Shown here: piece after piece, positions 25,276 to 38,334 of the stretch
Layout: each line of letters begins with the position of its first letter
Position numbering within the stretch: position 1 is the first letter of the stretch
Source: Octopus bimaculoides
Taxonomy: Eukaryota
Assembly (NCBI RefSeq): GCF_001194135.2
Contig: NC_068985.1
Location: forward strand, 96,266,136-96,313,446
Direction: 5' to 3'
DNA length: 47,311 bases
Notes under the pieces: generated by a model
What the model was told of the DNA's origin: nothing
Seen by the model: the letters and a program-made list of their open reading frames with translations, nothing else
The model's database searches: none
Made by a program: the position numbers and the translations under genes

Positions 25276-26299
25276 ATATATATATATATATATATATATA
25301 AATATATATATATGGAGCACACACACAACAAGCTTCCACACAGTTTCTAACTACCAAATTGACTTGAGGTATTTGTTGGCCTGGGGCTATAGTAGAATAC
25401 ACTTGCCCAACGTGCTATGGAGTGGGTTCAAACCCAAAACCCAAGTTGCAAAGCAAGCTTCTTAACCACATAGCCATGTCTAGAAATACTACAAAAAAAA
25501 GCAGGATGGTTAAGAAAAAAAATGCATGAAAAGACAGGTGTAATATATTGTGAAGTATCAGTTAATAATTGCAGAAATTTGGGTGAAATTATGTAATTTA
25601 AGGAAAGTATATCTGTGATAAGAAAGGTGAAGTACGGAGCTTTGACCGAGAAATGCAAGAAGTGGAGAAAGTGAGGCAACATTTTAATTGAATAAAACAA
25701 TGATATACATATAACGTTACCAGTGAGAATATTAAATTTCAAAATGTAAAGTATGAAGCCAAGTATCATCAGACACTGTCATGGCGAACATTATCTCCAA
25801 CAATGTAACACTGTATTCAGTGCTTATCATTATCATCATCATTTAATGTCTGTTTTCCATGCTAGCATGGGTTGGTCAGTCAGACAGGATCCAACAATGT
25901 CCAGTTTCAATGTCAGCTTTGCCATGATTTCTACAGCAAGATGACCTTCCTAGTGTGTACAGTGTGTACAGGGTGCTTTTTTCATGTCACCAGCACTAAT
26001 GGGGCTTCCAAGTAACTTGCAAGAGAAGAAAAGAACAGTAACTCTCCGCCCTTGATTGAGTGAGGATGGGGGTGGGGTGGCTTTTATGCCAGGTGTTGAA
26101 AGGCTAAAGAATGATAAAGGGACAAGCACAGGTATCTTGCTATAAAGATACATAGCCATCTCACATTATATAAGGGTTTGTGGGAGTAGCTGGGGAGAAG
26201 ATAAATATGGTAGTGATAGGGTGCCAGAGTGAACCCTCGAAGTACAAGTGAGCATAAGAGACAATAGGAACAGTGGATCTTGTGGGGAGAAAGGAGGAC

Positions 26300-26510
26300 C
26301 ACACTCACTGGTCTGATTTCCACTCATTTATTTGTTTTTACTAAAATTTTTGTTGCGACTGGCGACCTTTCCAATAGTTGTTGATTCTGTCTGTTATCGG
26401 TTTTGTGATAACAGACAGAATCGATGACTATTGAAAAGATTGCAAGTCACAACGAAAATTTTAGTGAAAAATAATAAGTAAATGAGTGGAAATCAGACTG
26501 GTGTGTGTGT
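26300..26510. mobile_element. Foldback element / MITE: about 100-bp inverted arms, 8-nt loop
   Basis: GTCTGATTTCCACTCATTTA...GATTCTGTCTGTTATC-ggttttgt-GATAACAGACAGAATC...TAAATGAGTGGAAATCAGAC. Confidence 0.75.
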
Positions 26511-26519
26511 TAAATTAAT

Positions 26520-26968
26520 AAGGCGCAGGAGTGGCTGTGTGGTAAGTAGCTTGCTTACCAACCACATGGTTCTGGGTTCAGTCCCATTGCGTGGCACCTT
26601 GGACAAGTGTCTTCTACTATCGTCTCGGGCCGACCAAAGCCTTGTGAGTGGATTTGGTAGACGGAAACTGAAAGAAGCCTGTCGTATATATGTATATATA
26701 TATATATATGTATGTGTGTGTATATGTTTGTGTGTCTGTGTTTGTCCCCCCCCCCCCCNNNNNNNNNNNNNNNNNNNNNNNNNNNNNNCTTGACAATCGA
26801 TGCTGGTGTGTTTACGTCCCCGTAACTTAGTGGTTCGGCAAAAGTGACCGATAGAATAAGTACTAGGCTTACAAAGAATAAGTCCTGGGATCGATTTGCT
26901 CGACTAAAGGCGGTGCTCCAGCATGGCCACAGTCAAATGACTGAAACAAGTAAAAGAGTAAAAGAGAG
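26520..26968 (+). mobile_element. SINE family A, full length (contains an N gap)
   Basis: AAGGCGCAGGAGTGGCTGTGTGG head through the (AAAGAGT)n tail. Confidence 0.9.
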
Positions 26969-27630
26969 TAAGGCACTAAAAGAGAATGACTCTCCCCAGA
27001 CACAATAGAATATGCTTCAACACATGAATTCAGATAAAGACTCTTGCAAACCACATACAAAAATGAAATTAAAATATTTTATTATACAATTAAGAACACA
27101 CACACACAGACAGACAGAGCACAAATAAGAACTGATATAGACTGTGACAAACTGTTCAACCTAAGCCAGCATGGGCAAGAAATGATGATAATGGTACAAC
27201 AACCGAGAGATCTATAACATTTAAGGATAAAAACAAATAAAACTTCTCCAATCTTGCAGGTTATCTGAAGCTGTTAGCGAAAAAAATAAATGCTCTGCTT
27301 TTCATTGTTTTTGCAATATACAGTATTAAATAACATGATAGCATTTCAAGGAATGGAAGGAAAAAAGGAAAAAAACTTTTAAGAACTGTTACAAGGAAAC
27401 TACATGAGCTGTTTACAATTAATGAGGAAATAGTACATAGAAGAGCTGCCAACATACATTGAAATAACAGATTCCATAGCATTTTTTTCATGATACTCTA
27501 GCTCACAGTCTGGTCCATTCAGGTTAGCAATTTAAAAGATTAGCTGCTAAATGCAGAATTGAACTTGCTTACTTTGCTACTTGAGACTAAACACCAGGCT
27601 GTACTAACATGCCACAAAATATAAACTTAC

Positions 27631-27799
27631 AACACATCCAGTCTGCTCACTAGAGCATTCATTGTCATTTGAAGAGATGAGGGTATAGTTTTACCCAATC
27701 CTTGTATCAAATCACAATAAATATGCATTAGAAAACTTAAGTAGAATGTGTAAAGTTCAAATACTTCTTTGTTATATATTTCAGGGCATAAACAGCTTC
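27631..27799 (-). CDS. Putative internal exon (SCLCPEIYNKEVFELYTFYLSFLMHIYCDLIQGLGKTIPSSLQMTMNALVSRLDV)
   Basis: Acceptor atattatttgttag|G; consensus donor TT|GTAAGT; 55 open codons; phase 1 to 2 is compatible with the flanking candidate exons. Confidence 0.5.
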
Positions 27800-28059
27800 C
27801 TAACAAATAATATTCAGGTGGGGAAGTGCTTTACGAAATGATCTGATAACCTAAGGCATAACATCAAAGAATGCCTATGTATCTTCAGAATATTACATTA
27901 TCAAACAAATAAGCAAAGTAGACCTTTTTTTTTGAAGCACATATGAATACTTAAAAATCCATTACAAAAGCTTAAAGGGACATACGAAAAGATAACAGGT
28001 AGTAGACTGCCTTAGTTTATGAGTTACTCGTATTCAAATCAGTTTATCCAAAAATGATC

Positions 28060-28797
28060 TTTCAGCTTATACTTGTCACAGTCACTGGACTGTGGTCATG
28101 CTGGGGCACAGCTTTGAAGGTTTTAGTCAAACAAATCAATCTTTTGACTTATTTTTTTTAGGACAAGCACTTATTTTATCAGTCTCTTTTGCTAAGTTAT
28201 GGGGACATAAACAAACCAACAAGCTGTCAAGTGATGGTGGGAAACAAAAACAAAGACACACACACACACACTGGGCTACCATGCTGTTTCCATCTCCTAA
28301 ATTCACTCACAAGGCATTGGTTGGTCTGGGACTATAGCAGAAGACACTTGCCCAAGGTGCTGTGCCATGGAACTGAACTCATAACCAAGTGGCTGCTAAG
28401 TGAGCTCCTTAACCATTCTTTTATTCTTTTATTTGTTTCAATCATTTGACTGTGGCTATGCTGGAGCACCACCTTTTTAGTCGAACAAAAATAAACCCCA
28501 GGACTTATTCTTTGTGATCCTAGTACTTATTTTATTGGTCTCTTTTGCCGAAACGCTAAGTTACAGGGACGTAAACACATCAGCTTCAGTTGTCAAGTGA
28601 TGGGGGGGGGGGCAAACACAAACATATACATATACACACACATACATATACACATATATACGGGCTTCTTTCAACTTCCATCTACCAAATCCACTCACAA
28701 GGCTTTGGTCAGTCCAAGGCTAAAGCAGAAGACATTTGCCCAAGGTGCCACGCAGTGGGACTGAACCCGAAACCATGTGATTCATAAACAAGCTACT
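28060..28797 (-). mobile_element. Two adjacent SINE family A copies (older 28060-28410, younger 28415-28797)
   Basis: Two successive tail-core-head arrangements. Confidence 0.85.
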
Positions 28798-28848
28798 GTT
28801 GGTTAGACCTAGGAAGCTGCACCGCTTCCTAGGTCTAACCAACAGTAG
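28793..28848. repeat. Perfect 25-bp inverted repeat with a 6-nt loop
   Basis: CTACTGTTGGTTAGACCTAGGAAGC-tgcacc-GCTTCCTAGGTCTAACCAACAGTAG. Confidence 0.98.
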
Positions 28849-29424
28849 TATTATTCCCTTCAGGGGACTGACATATTAAGTTGGCAGCATACAACTACTT
28901 CATCGTATCACTACTGCATAAATCTCTCTGAGAGATTTAGAAATGTATTATTTCTAAACATCCATAGCTGTTCATAAATCTGCTCAATCAGGTTTGACCT
29001 AATGCTAAACAATACCTGGTATTGCTAAATTAGAAAGCAAAGGCAGTTTCATGAAGCTTATGTAAATCTATTTTTACCCACTTGAAAATGTTTGTTTTAA
29101 ACTCCTAAATTGTTATTTTAGACACATTTTAAACATCCAAATTTGGACAGACCATCTAATCTGCTGATATTTAATTGTTATGAAAACAAACTATCATAAT
29201 CGTGGTACTAGCCAGTCCTCACTCCTTCATAGAAAATGAGACAATGAGGATTAGTGGTAAGGTCTAGCATTAAATATAAATATCATGATGAGCAGGAAGC
29301 CCTAACATTCATATAGGTCCATGTGGTAACTTAAGTAACATAAGAAGTTATAAAATATTTCAGTGAACTGCTACCTTTAGAAACTGTACTGTCTTTGAAC
29401 CGGAGTTTCTTTACTGTGATAGAA

Positions 29425-29975
29425 TCATCATCATTATCGTTGTTTAACATCTACTTTCCATGCTGGCATGGGTTGGATGGTTCGACCGAGGACTGGCAAG
29501 CCAATAGGCAGCACCAGGCTCCAATCTGATCTGGCAAGGTTTCTACAGCTGGATGCCCTTCCTAACGCCAACCACTCCGAGGGTGTAGTGGATGCTTTTT
29601 ACGTGCTACCAGCACGGGAGCCAGTCAGGGGGCACTGGCATTAACCACGTTTAAAGGGCACTGGCATTGGACCATCATTTAAGAATGATCTTAAATATTC
29701 AGACAAAACCCCCTAAAAAAACAAAAAAAAAAATCATTGATTATAATTATTATAAAGTCAGGAGTTAATCAATATCATTTTATGTCCACATTCCATGCTA
29801 GAATGGGTTGGATGATTCAACAAGATCCAACAGGCTGGAGGACCATGTCTTGCTCCAGTGTTTCAGCATTGGTTTTGTTTCAATGGTTGGATTCCCTTCC
29901 TAACACTAACCACTTTACAGAATGTACTAAGGGCATTTTCTCATGACACCAGCACTGCAGAGGATGTTTTGCCCT
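29425..29975 (-). mobile_element. Two family C copies (young 29425-29680, old 29772-29975)
   Basis: Shared tail and body. Confidence 0.8.
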
Positions 29976-30098
29976 CAGCAAGGCCAAAGAGTTCTCTTAA
30001 ACCCAGTGCTGTCTAACCTCAAGTCACTAACAACTGTACAGAGTGTACTGGGTGCTTGCTTACTGGTGCAATCATCACTCGTGATGTTGCCTTATAAC

Positions 30099-30300
30099 TA
30101 GGGCTGTGGAGTTAGAGTCAGAAACAATTAAGGGGTAGCTGGAGTCGGAGTCAGTGTCGGTAATATAGACCACAATTGCTTAATTACATAGAGGAGTCTG
30201 AGGTGCCAATAGTAGAGGAGTCAGAGGTGCCAATAGTAGAGGAGTCGGAGGTGCCAATAGTAAAGGAGTCAAAGTTTTTTGTTTTGACTCCACAGCCCTG
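30099..30300. mobile_element. hAT-like MITE with three internal 24-bp tandem units
   Basis: 14-bp TIR (T/C)AGGGCTGTGGAGT; 8-bp TSD CTTATAAC/CATGTAAC (6/8); GGAGTC subterminal motifs. Confidence 0.75.
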
Positions 30301-31144
30301 CATGTAACTCACAGGGTGAAAGAGCCTCCACCAGTGAGAGAGGTGTTAAGAAAAGTTACAGTATAATCGGAGAAACAGGTTTATTGTTGAGGGAGGGTGG
30401 TAATGGAGAGAGTAAGAAGGAGAATATGGTAACAAGACTCAGGGTAAGTAAAAGTTGATATCTATATTCGTTAATATTTATAGATTATTTTCACTGCCTT
30501 CCTATAAAACAGTCCACAGAGAGTTCAACCTTGAGAGAAACAGTACGGTTCAATATTCAAACTGACTGTGTTAGACTAGTTTCTTTAAACTGCACTAGAC
30601 ATGGCAAAACAGGAAATGGTAGTCTCTTGAACTGATAAAGAAAATTTGCTGGAAGCTGATGCCACACTCATTTACAGGGCCCTTGCTGCTTCTGGTCTGA
30701 CACAGCTACTTCTCTTGCAGGTGACCAGCACCAGATGTATTTCGTGAACTCTTGCTACAGCAAGGAGTGGCATTCTGTTTGGTGTGTTTGACTTCCAGGA
30801 AATGATACTACACTTCAATCTTGACATTGTGTAGTTGGGTAGAAGAAAAGAAAATGACGTCATGCTTCGCAAGAGAAGCTCTTTTAAGAGTTAATAGATG
30901 AAACATATGTATACACTGCTAAACCTGAACAAACAGAGTAAAGAATTATATGGATGAAAAAGGTGATAGAAGTTCAAAAATGTAGTGCTGTGAAAGGAAA
31001 ATGATTAAAGATATTAGATGGCATTAAATTTGAATGTGTTTGGTTGGAGGACGAACACAAAAAACAGAAAAGCAAAAGAATATAAGGGAAATATCAGAGA
31101 TTTACACATATGTCGAAAATTATCAAATGAAAGTAAATTGATAT

Positions 31145-31366
31145 ACTCTTTTACTTTTTTACTTGTTTCAGCCATTTGACTGTGGCCATGCTGGAGCACC
31201 GCCTTTAGTCGAGCAAATCGACCCCAGGACTTATTCTTTGTAAGCCTATTACTTATTCAATCGGTGTCTTTTGCCGAACCGCTAAGTTACGGGGACGTAA
31301 ACACACCAGCATTGGTTGTCAAGTGATGTTGGGGGGACAAACACAGACACACAAACATATACACGC

Positions 31367-31404
<38 letters not shown>

Positions 31405-31561
31405 ACGAGGGGCTTCTTTCAGTTTCCGTCTACCAAATCCACTCACAAGGCTTTGGTCAGCCCGAGGCTATAGTAGAAAACACTTGCCCAAGGTGCCACG
31501 CAGTGGGACTGAACCCGGAACCATGTGGTTGGTAAGCAAGCTACTTACCACACAGCCACTC
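31145..31561 (-). mobile_element. SINE family A, near full length
   Basis: Close match to the 26520 and 45382 copies. Confidence 0.9.
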
Positions 31562-31792
31562 CATAGGAAATTATATAAAATTATAAGGTAAATTAAGAAA
31601 TATGAATAGCTTATGACTATAGTTGAAATATTTTCTGTGTTGAAAGAAAAGTGTCATACAAATTTTAGATAACTCATTAATTTGAATATTTTAATTTGTG
31701 GAATAACAAATATTTTGATTTGTGGAATAACTAACTTGGATATTTTAATTTGTGAGATAACATGAATAAAAGATAAAAATAAATAATCTCAA

Positions 31793-32110
31793 TCATCATC
31801 ATCGTTTAACATCCGCTTTCCATGCTGGCATGAGTTGGACAGTTTGACTGAGGACTAGCAAGCCAGGAGGCTGCACCAGGCACCAATCTGATCTGGCAAG
31901 GTTTCTACAGCTGGATGCCCTTCCTAACACTAACCACTAAAAGAGTGTAGTAGATGCTTTTTACGATGCGGTTCGGCAAAAGAGACCAAAAGAATAAGTA
32001 CTAGGCATCCAAAGAATAAGTCCTGGGGTCAATTTGCTTGACTAAAGGCGGTGCTCCAGCATGGCCAAAGTCAAATGACTGAAACAAGTAAAAGAGAAAA
32101 AAAAAGAGAA
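31793..32110. mobile_element. Family C (-) fragment abutting a 5'-truncated SINE A (+) tail at about 31966
   Basis: Abrupt switch from GATGCTTTTTACG to GCGGTTCGGCAAAAGAGACC. Confidence 0.8.
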
Positions 32111-33069
32111 AGATATATGTATGTATACTTTTCGTTTTTTATTCTGACACATTTGCTTCATAAATTGATGAAGATATATTTTTGGCAAAGGGAAATTTCA
32201 TTCCAAAATACTACCAAGTTATATATTACCTTGACTTTAGGAGAGTGAAAGACAAAATCAAAAGTTCACTAGATACAAATGAGGTAGCTAGTTCTTAGAA
32301 ATAATAAAAGAACATTTTAAAAAAATTGTAAAAAAGAAAGAGTAATAAGACCAGTGAAAATTAAATAGAAATCCATTTATAATCAACTTTTAAATATGTA
32401 CTCCTTGTCTCTCTCACACACACACATACACACTTCCAAACCCAATCCAGTGGTATGGTTTCTATCATCATTCCAAACCTGACACCAATCCCCTGTGAAG
32501 GTATTTAATGAAACTGAAGTAAAGGGTCAGCCCTACCCTTTCCTATCCCCTGTTACATTGAGGTATGGGATGGATGGTAATTCCAGAGCATTTTTGTTTT
32601 TTCTTAAGGGTATGTAAAATTAGTAGTGAAACTGCCAGAGTCATTAAGAGTGTAGGACTAAATGCTATGCAGTATTTATTCTCTGTACCCCGAGTTCAAA
32701 TCCCATTAAGGTCAACTTTGCCTGTTAGTGCTTCAAGGTTGATAAAATGAAACACCAATTCAAAGTGGTGAATTAGTAGAGTTGGTAGACTGTTTGATGA
32801 AATGCAGGGTATTTATTGTGGTTTGTTACATTTCAAGTTCTTGGGTGATAGACTTAAAATGTTGCTTGGTTTAGGCATCTGGTCCTTGGGTGCATTTGAC
32901 AGAGTTCCTCTGTTGCAAACATTCAGGCAAGACCTCTAGTATGAGGATAAGTTCCTCCCTTTACCCAAACTAGTTTTGGAGGCCCTGGAAATAAAGTATC
33001 ATAGGCATATCCCTTCTGTCTCTGACAAAATGGTAAATTAAAAAAAAAAAATTATATTGAATAATTATA

Positions 33070-33080
33070 TCATCATCATC

Positions 33081-33112
<32 letters not shown>

Positions 33113-33445
33113 TATCGTTGTCGTCATCGTCGTTTAATATCTACTTTCCATGCTGGCATGGGTTAGACAGTTTGACTGAGAACTGACAAGCTGGGAAGCC
33201 GCACCAGGCTCTAATTTGATTTGGCAAGGTGTCTACACTTGGATGCCCTTCCTAACGCCAATCACTCCAAGAGTGTAGTGAGTGCTTTTACGTACCACCA
33301 GCACAAGAGCCAGTCAGGTGGCACTGGCATCGGCCATGCTCAAGTGGTGTATTTTTATGTGCCACCGGCACAGGTGCCAGTCAAGTGGCACTGTCATCAG
33401 CCATGACTACGATCTCACTTGGCTTGCTGGGTCTTCTCAAGTAGG
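33070..33445 (-). mobile_element. Family C copy with a long (TCA)n tail
   Basis: Conserved body; two internal units. Confidence 0.85.
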
Positions 33446-34587
33446 GTCTTATTCATTTAAAAAGTTTACATCAAGTTATATGTCAATAAAATATAGAAAA
33501 TGGAAGGTGGCGAGCTGGCAGAATCGTTAGCACGCTGGGCAAAATGCTTAGCGGTATTTTGTCTATCTTCACATTCTGAGTACAAATTCCACCAAGGTCA
33601 ACATTGCCTTTCATCCTTTCGGGGTCGACAAATTAAGTACCAGTTGCGTACTGGGGTTGATCCACTGCGTTAAAGCAGGGATTAAAGAAGCAACAGTTAC
33701 CACACGGTCAAAAAGTAATTCTTTTGGAGTTTACCTCAGTATTTCATTTTATGATGCTTCACGGCATGGTTTTCTGCTGCCCACTTTCTTCCAGTCTTTC
33801 CAAACTTGTCACACACACAGCCTCATCATCATATGATGTTCACTTTTCCATGCTTGCATGGGTCAGATAAAATTTGAGGTACATTTTCTATGGCTGGATG
33901 CCCTTCCTGTCACCAACCCTCATCTGTTTCCAAGCAAGGTATATTATTCCCATGGCAAGACAAGTTTTTCACAAAGGACTGGAAACAAATGACACTGCTT
34001 GTATGACAGTGCTACTCATTTACAACCATCACATGACGTCAGAACAAGAGGGGACACAAACTTCCCTCCAGCACACGACGGGTTTCTTTTAGTTTCTGTC
34101 TTCCAAATCCACTCACAAACATTGATCAGCCCAGTGCTATAGGAGAAAACATTTGCCGAAAGTGCCACACAATGAAATTGAACACAAGACCACATGGTTA
34201 GCAAGCCAGTTTCTTCACCATACAGCCATGCCTGCACCTATAACCACGCCTGTATTAATGTGCATACTTAAAATGCTTTCAGCAGCAGAAATTTTCAAAT
34301 AGTCATGCATTTAATTTATAAACTTTGCATAATTTCCTTGGTGCTTTGTAACCTTGATAAGTCAAATAGAGGCTTTTCCACCAAGAATAATTAACATAAT
34401 TTTTGTGTCCTATAAAATAACCATAACACATACATAATTTACTTCATCACACTCAACTCTATCTCAACCAAAACAGAGTCAGTAATAAATCCAAAATATA
34501 ATTAATATTATGTAAATCCCAAATTCACAAACTTAATTACAACTTCAAAACTTGCAATATAGAAAATATGATTTTCTGAACACGAAC

Positions 34588-34726
34588 CTTTTGACAATTC
34601 ATTTATCACATTAGAAGCAGCTACTCTTCTGTTGTTGACAAGTTTAGGAAGAGACTTGGAAAGCTGGGCTATTTCAGTTGACAATTTGCCCAAATCATTT
34701 GGGTCTACCATCATCCACCCTCGTTT
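34588..34726 (-). CDS. Putative internal exon (KRGWMMVDPNDLGKLSTEIAQLSKSLPKLVNNRRVAASNVINELSK-G)
   Basis: Acceptor tgcttgtattacag|A; donor AAG|GTTCGT; 139 bp with a single open frame (phase 0 to 1) and protein-like helical composition, in unique DNA. Confidence 0.6.
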
Positions 34727-35009
34727 CTGTAATACAAGCATGCAGCACTTAAAATATTATCTAAATGTTTGATAAAAGAACTCAATCACATGCAAGATAT
34801 ATCCAAATATAAAATCCTTTAAACTGTTTCAGTTTGTCTTTTTTTTTAATTAAAAATTAAAGCATTGAAATATAATGATTGTGTATCATGAGGAAGGAAA
34901 AATATTTTATGTTTCAAGCAGAGCTCTTTATCAGCACCGCCTTTCTCTTCTGTTCTGGCTTTTATCCAAAGTTACAGTTTCTGACACACAACTCTGCTAT
35001 CTTCATTTA

Positions 35010-35365
35010 TCTCCTTTTACTTGCTACAGTCATTGGACTGCAGCCATGTTGCAGCACCACCTTAAAAGGTTAAGTCAAACAATCGAACTTGGGGCATATT
35101 CTTCAGCCAAGTACTTATTCTATCAATCTAGTTTGCAAAACTGCTAAGTTATGGAGAAGTAAATAAACCAAAACCAGTTGTCAAGCAGTAAAGGCAACAA
35201 ACAAACACACACACACACACACATGCAATAATGGGCTTCTACAAAGTTTCAATCTCCCAAATTCACTCACAAGGCATTGGTCAGCCTATGGCTATAGAAG
35301 ACACTTGTCCAAAGTGCTGCATAGTGGGACTGAACCCAAAACCACATGGCTGTAAAGCAAACTTC
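35010..35365 (-). mobile_element. SINE family A, older copy
   Basis: Diverged match. Confidence 0.75.
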
Positions 35366-35861
35366 AGTCTTTAAAGATTATTACATTTTTGTGTAATTCA
35401 AGTAAAATAATATTTTAATGTTAAACAAAATTTTATCACAAACCTTTTCGCTGCCATTTGTCCAGGAAATCCAAGACATCCATGTCTTCTGCCAAGATTC
35501 TAAATTGCTTGATAACTTTTTAATCAACGATCCCTAGTGAAATAAATACAAAATATATCAAAGTAAGATTATAATTTTTCAAACTAATTACCTCATTTGA
35601 AGGGGATATTTTTTCTATATTTACATTTACACTACAAGAATTTGGTAAAGTGGTTCATGACAGGAAGAGAATCCAGCAATAGAAGTCAAGCCAAAATGAC
35701 ATGTATGGGCAACAATCTATGAAGGGTAGTGACTCCCAATAAGAAATCACTTGGACTATGATGACCCATCAGATCCATGCAAGCATTGAAGTAAATATAG
35801 TCTCGAGCCTTAGGATTCATAGGGTTGGTTATCTGGTTTCCATGGTGGATAAATGACCAGG

Positions 35862-36240
35862 AGAGGATGTGTTGTAAGTAGCTTGCTTACGAACCACATG
35901 GTTCTGGGATCAGTCCCATTGCATGGCACCTTGGACAAGTGTCTTCTACTATAGCCTTGGGCCAACCAAAGCCTTGTGGGTGGATCTGGTAGACGGAAAC
36001 TGAAAGAAGCCCATCGTATATATATATATATATATGTTTGTGTGTCTGTGTTTGTCCCTCCACTCTTGCTTGACAACCGATGTTGGTGCGTTTACGTTCC
36101 CATAACTTAGCGGTTCAGCAAAAGAGACCGATAGAATGAGTACTACGCTTACAAAGAATCAGTCCTGGGGTTGATTTACTTGACTAAAGGCAGTGCTCCA
36201 GCATGGCCACAGTCAACTGACTGATACAAATAAAAGAAAG
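35862..36240 (+). mobile_element. SINE family A
   Basis: Head, core and tail present. Confidence 0.85.
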
Positions 36241-36879
36241 ATCACAAGGTGCTCCCAGAAAGAGATGAGAGTCCGTAACAGGGTTACTACTCATTCACAG
36301 CTGAGTGAACTGGAGCAATGTGAAATGAAGTGTTTGGCTCAAGAACACAATGTACTGCCCAGCCCAAGAATCCAAACTATGATTACATAATTATGAGTGC
36401 AATATTCTAAAAATTAGGTCAGACACCTTCATATGTGATGCGAGAATGCAAAGTGGATGTAAAACGATGATGACTTCATTTCTAATTATGCAATTTCTGA
36501 TCATTGTTTTATTCTTTGATATGTACATAATATCAGGTTTGATAAAAGCAAGGAACCTTTATTTCCAAACTAAGGGTAATAACATTTAAATCTGGCATAT
36601 ATGTTCAGAAATGAGATACCTTGTGATGATTAGATATCAAACCAATCAAATTATTGTGGATGTAAATATTGCAAAGGTCATAAGAGAGGTTACCCATTGC
36701 TCCGAAACTTTCTATTTGTTCAAGTAATATGATATGACAATTTATTATTGAGTTTCTGAATATTATGAATTGTATGAGAGGTTAATATTGTTAACTTAAT
36801 TTATCTTTTTTTTTTTTTAATTCAAATTGTTATTTACATTCTGTACTTCTGTTAATAACATATAAAACATTAAAAAAAA

Positions 36880-37322
36880 ATTCTTTTCTACTCTAGGCAC
36901 NNNNNNNNNNGGCAGTCGATTAGATCGACCCAAGTACGCAACTGGAACTTAATTTATCGACCTTGAAAGGAAGAAAAGCACAATTGACCTCGACAGAATT
37001 TGAACTCAGAATGTAAAGACAGACAAAAATACCACAAAGCATTTCACCCAGTGTGCTAATGTTTCTGCCAGCTCACCACCTTCAAAAAAATATTTCTTTC
37101 TTTGTTGACCACAAGGGGCTAAATATGGAGGGGACAAACAAGGACAGAGAAAGGGATTAAGTCGATTACATTGACCCCAGTGCGTAACTGGTACTTATTT
37201 AATCGACCCCGAAAGATGAACGGCTAAGTCGACCATGGCAGAATTTGAACTCAGAATGTAGTGGCAGATGAAATGCTGCTAAGCATTTCGCCCTGCATGC
37301 GAACGTTTCTGCCAGCTTGCCG
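36880..37322 (-). mobile_element. Two tandem SINE family B copies
   Basis: Reverse-complement matches to the 16095 and 33503 copies; spans a 10-N gap. Confidence 0.8.
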
Positions 37323-38334
37323 GCAGATGAGGCTAATAGCTCTAAAAATGGTAAACAGCAAATTACTTTAAGTAGATTTTATAAAATATGGCCCCAGTTT
37401 ACTTGATGGAACCAGTAAAAGAGTATATAAAAATAAAGCCAGCTTAAGTTTTTAACTTGATTTTATTGACATCATTGTCAGCTTTGGTGGCAATGTCATC
37501 ACCAGAATATAGAACAAACATTAAGTCGACATCGTTTTCTTTTTTACTCGAGTAAGCTTATTTAAATCTAAAGATCACTGAGTAACAGTATCAAAAATGA
37601 AACAAAAAGAAACAATATGTGTACATAAAACACAAAAACAAACAGATATAAAACATGCTTCAAAATATACTTATTTTTAGTTTTTTTCCATCTTAACTAT
37701 TTATGACAATAATGAAAATGACAGTTGACTTAGCATTGAGTGGCTGCAAATTATTTTCAAAATAGATTCCACCCACTGAAATGATCCAGTAAAGTGAACT
37801 AGTACAACAACCTTAATCATTAGCACTAAAACTCACTTCTCTTTTGTTGGCATAATTACAATTATTTATACAGCTTTCTAACTTTATTCTCTTCTTGCTT
37901 TTTGATTTATTTAAGGTTTATTATATATATTTTTTGTTTGCTCTTTTTACCCTTTCATTCATAACACCTAACAAGGTCTTTTACTATCACTACTTTCTTT
38001 GATGTGTCACTGTATGACTCTGCGTGAGTGTGTGTGTATGTGTACATGTGTGTGTGTGTGTGCGAGCACCTACCGTTATTATTTGTTGCACACAAGGTGA
38101 GAGTCAAATGTCAAATGTCTGTACTCTCTCTCTCTCATTCACTATTTATAACCATCAACATTTATCAATGGAACAAAGCAAATGGGAAAATGGGAAGTAG
38201 CAACATTTATTCCTTTACCAACAGAATTAGTATTGTAAATAAAATAACTATAACTGAAGAACAGATACATAATGTACTAGGAATTATTTTACTGTGTATT
38301 CTATAGCACTTGCATAACCAAAGAGTAAAGCATG

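Noticed and set aside
25428-25769. 113-aa minus-strand ORF
   Set aside because: T-rich F/L/I-biased peptide running into a SINE; no compatible splice sites.
27261-27491. 76-aa minus-strand ORF near a candidate exon
   Set aside because: Pyrimidine-rich intronic composition with no acceptor/donor pair in phase.
30600-30925. Exon-like segment with a strong minus-strand acceptor and ORF 30672-30872
   Set aside because: All frames from the acceptor stop within about 14 codons and there is no convincing donor; could be UTR or an old repeat.
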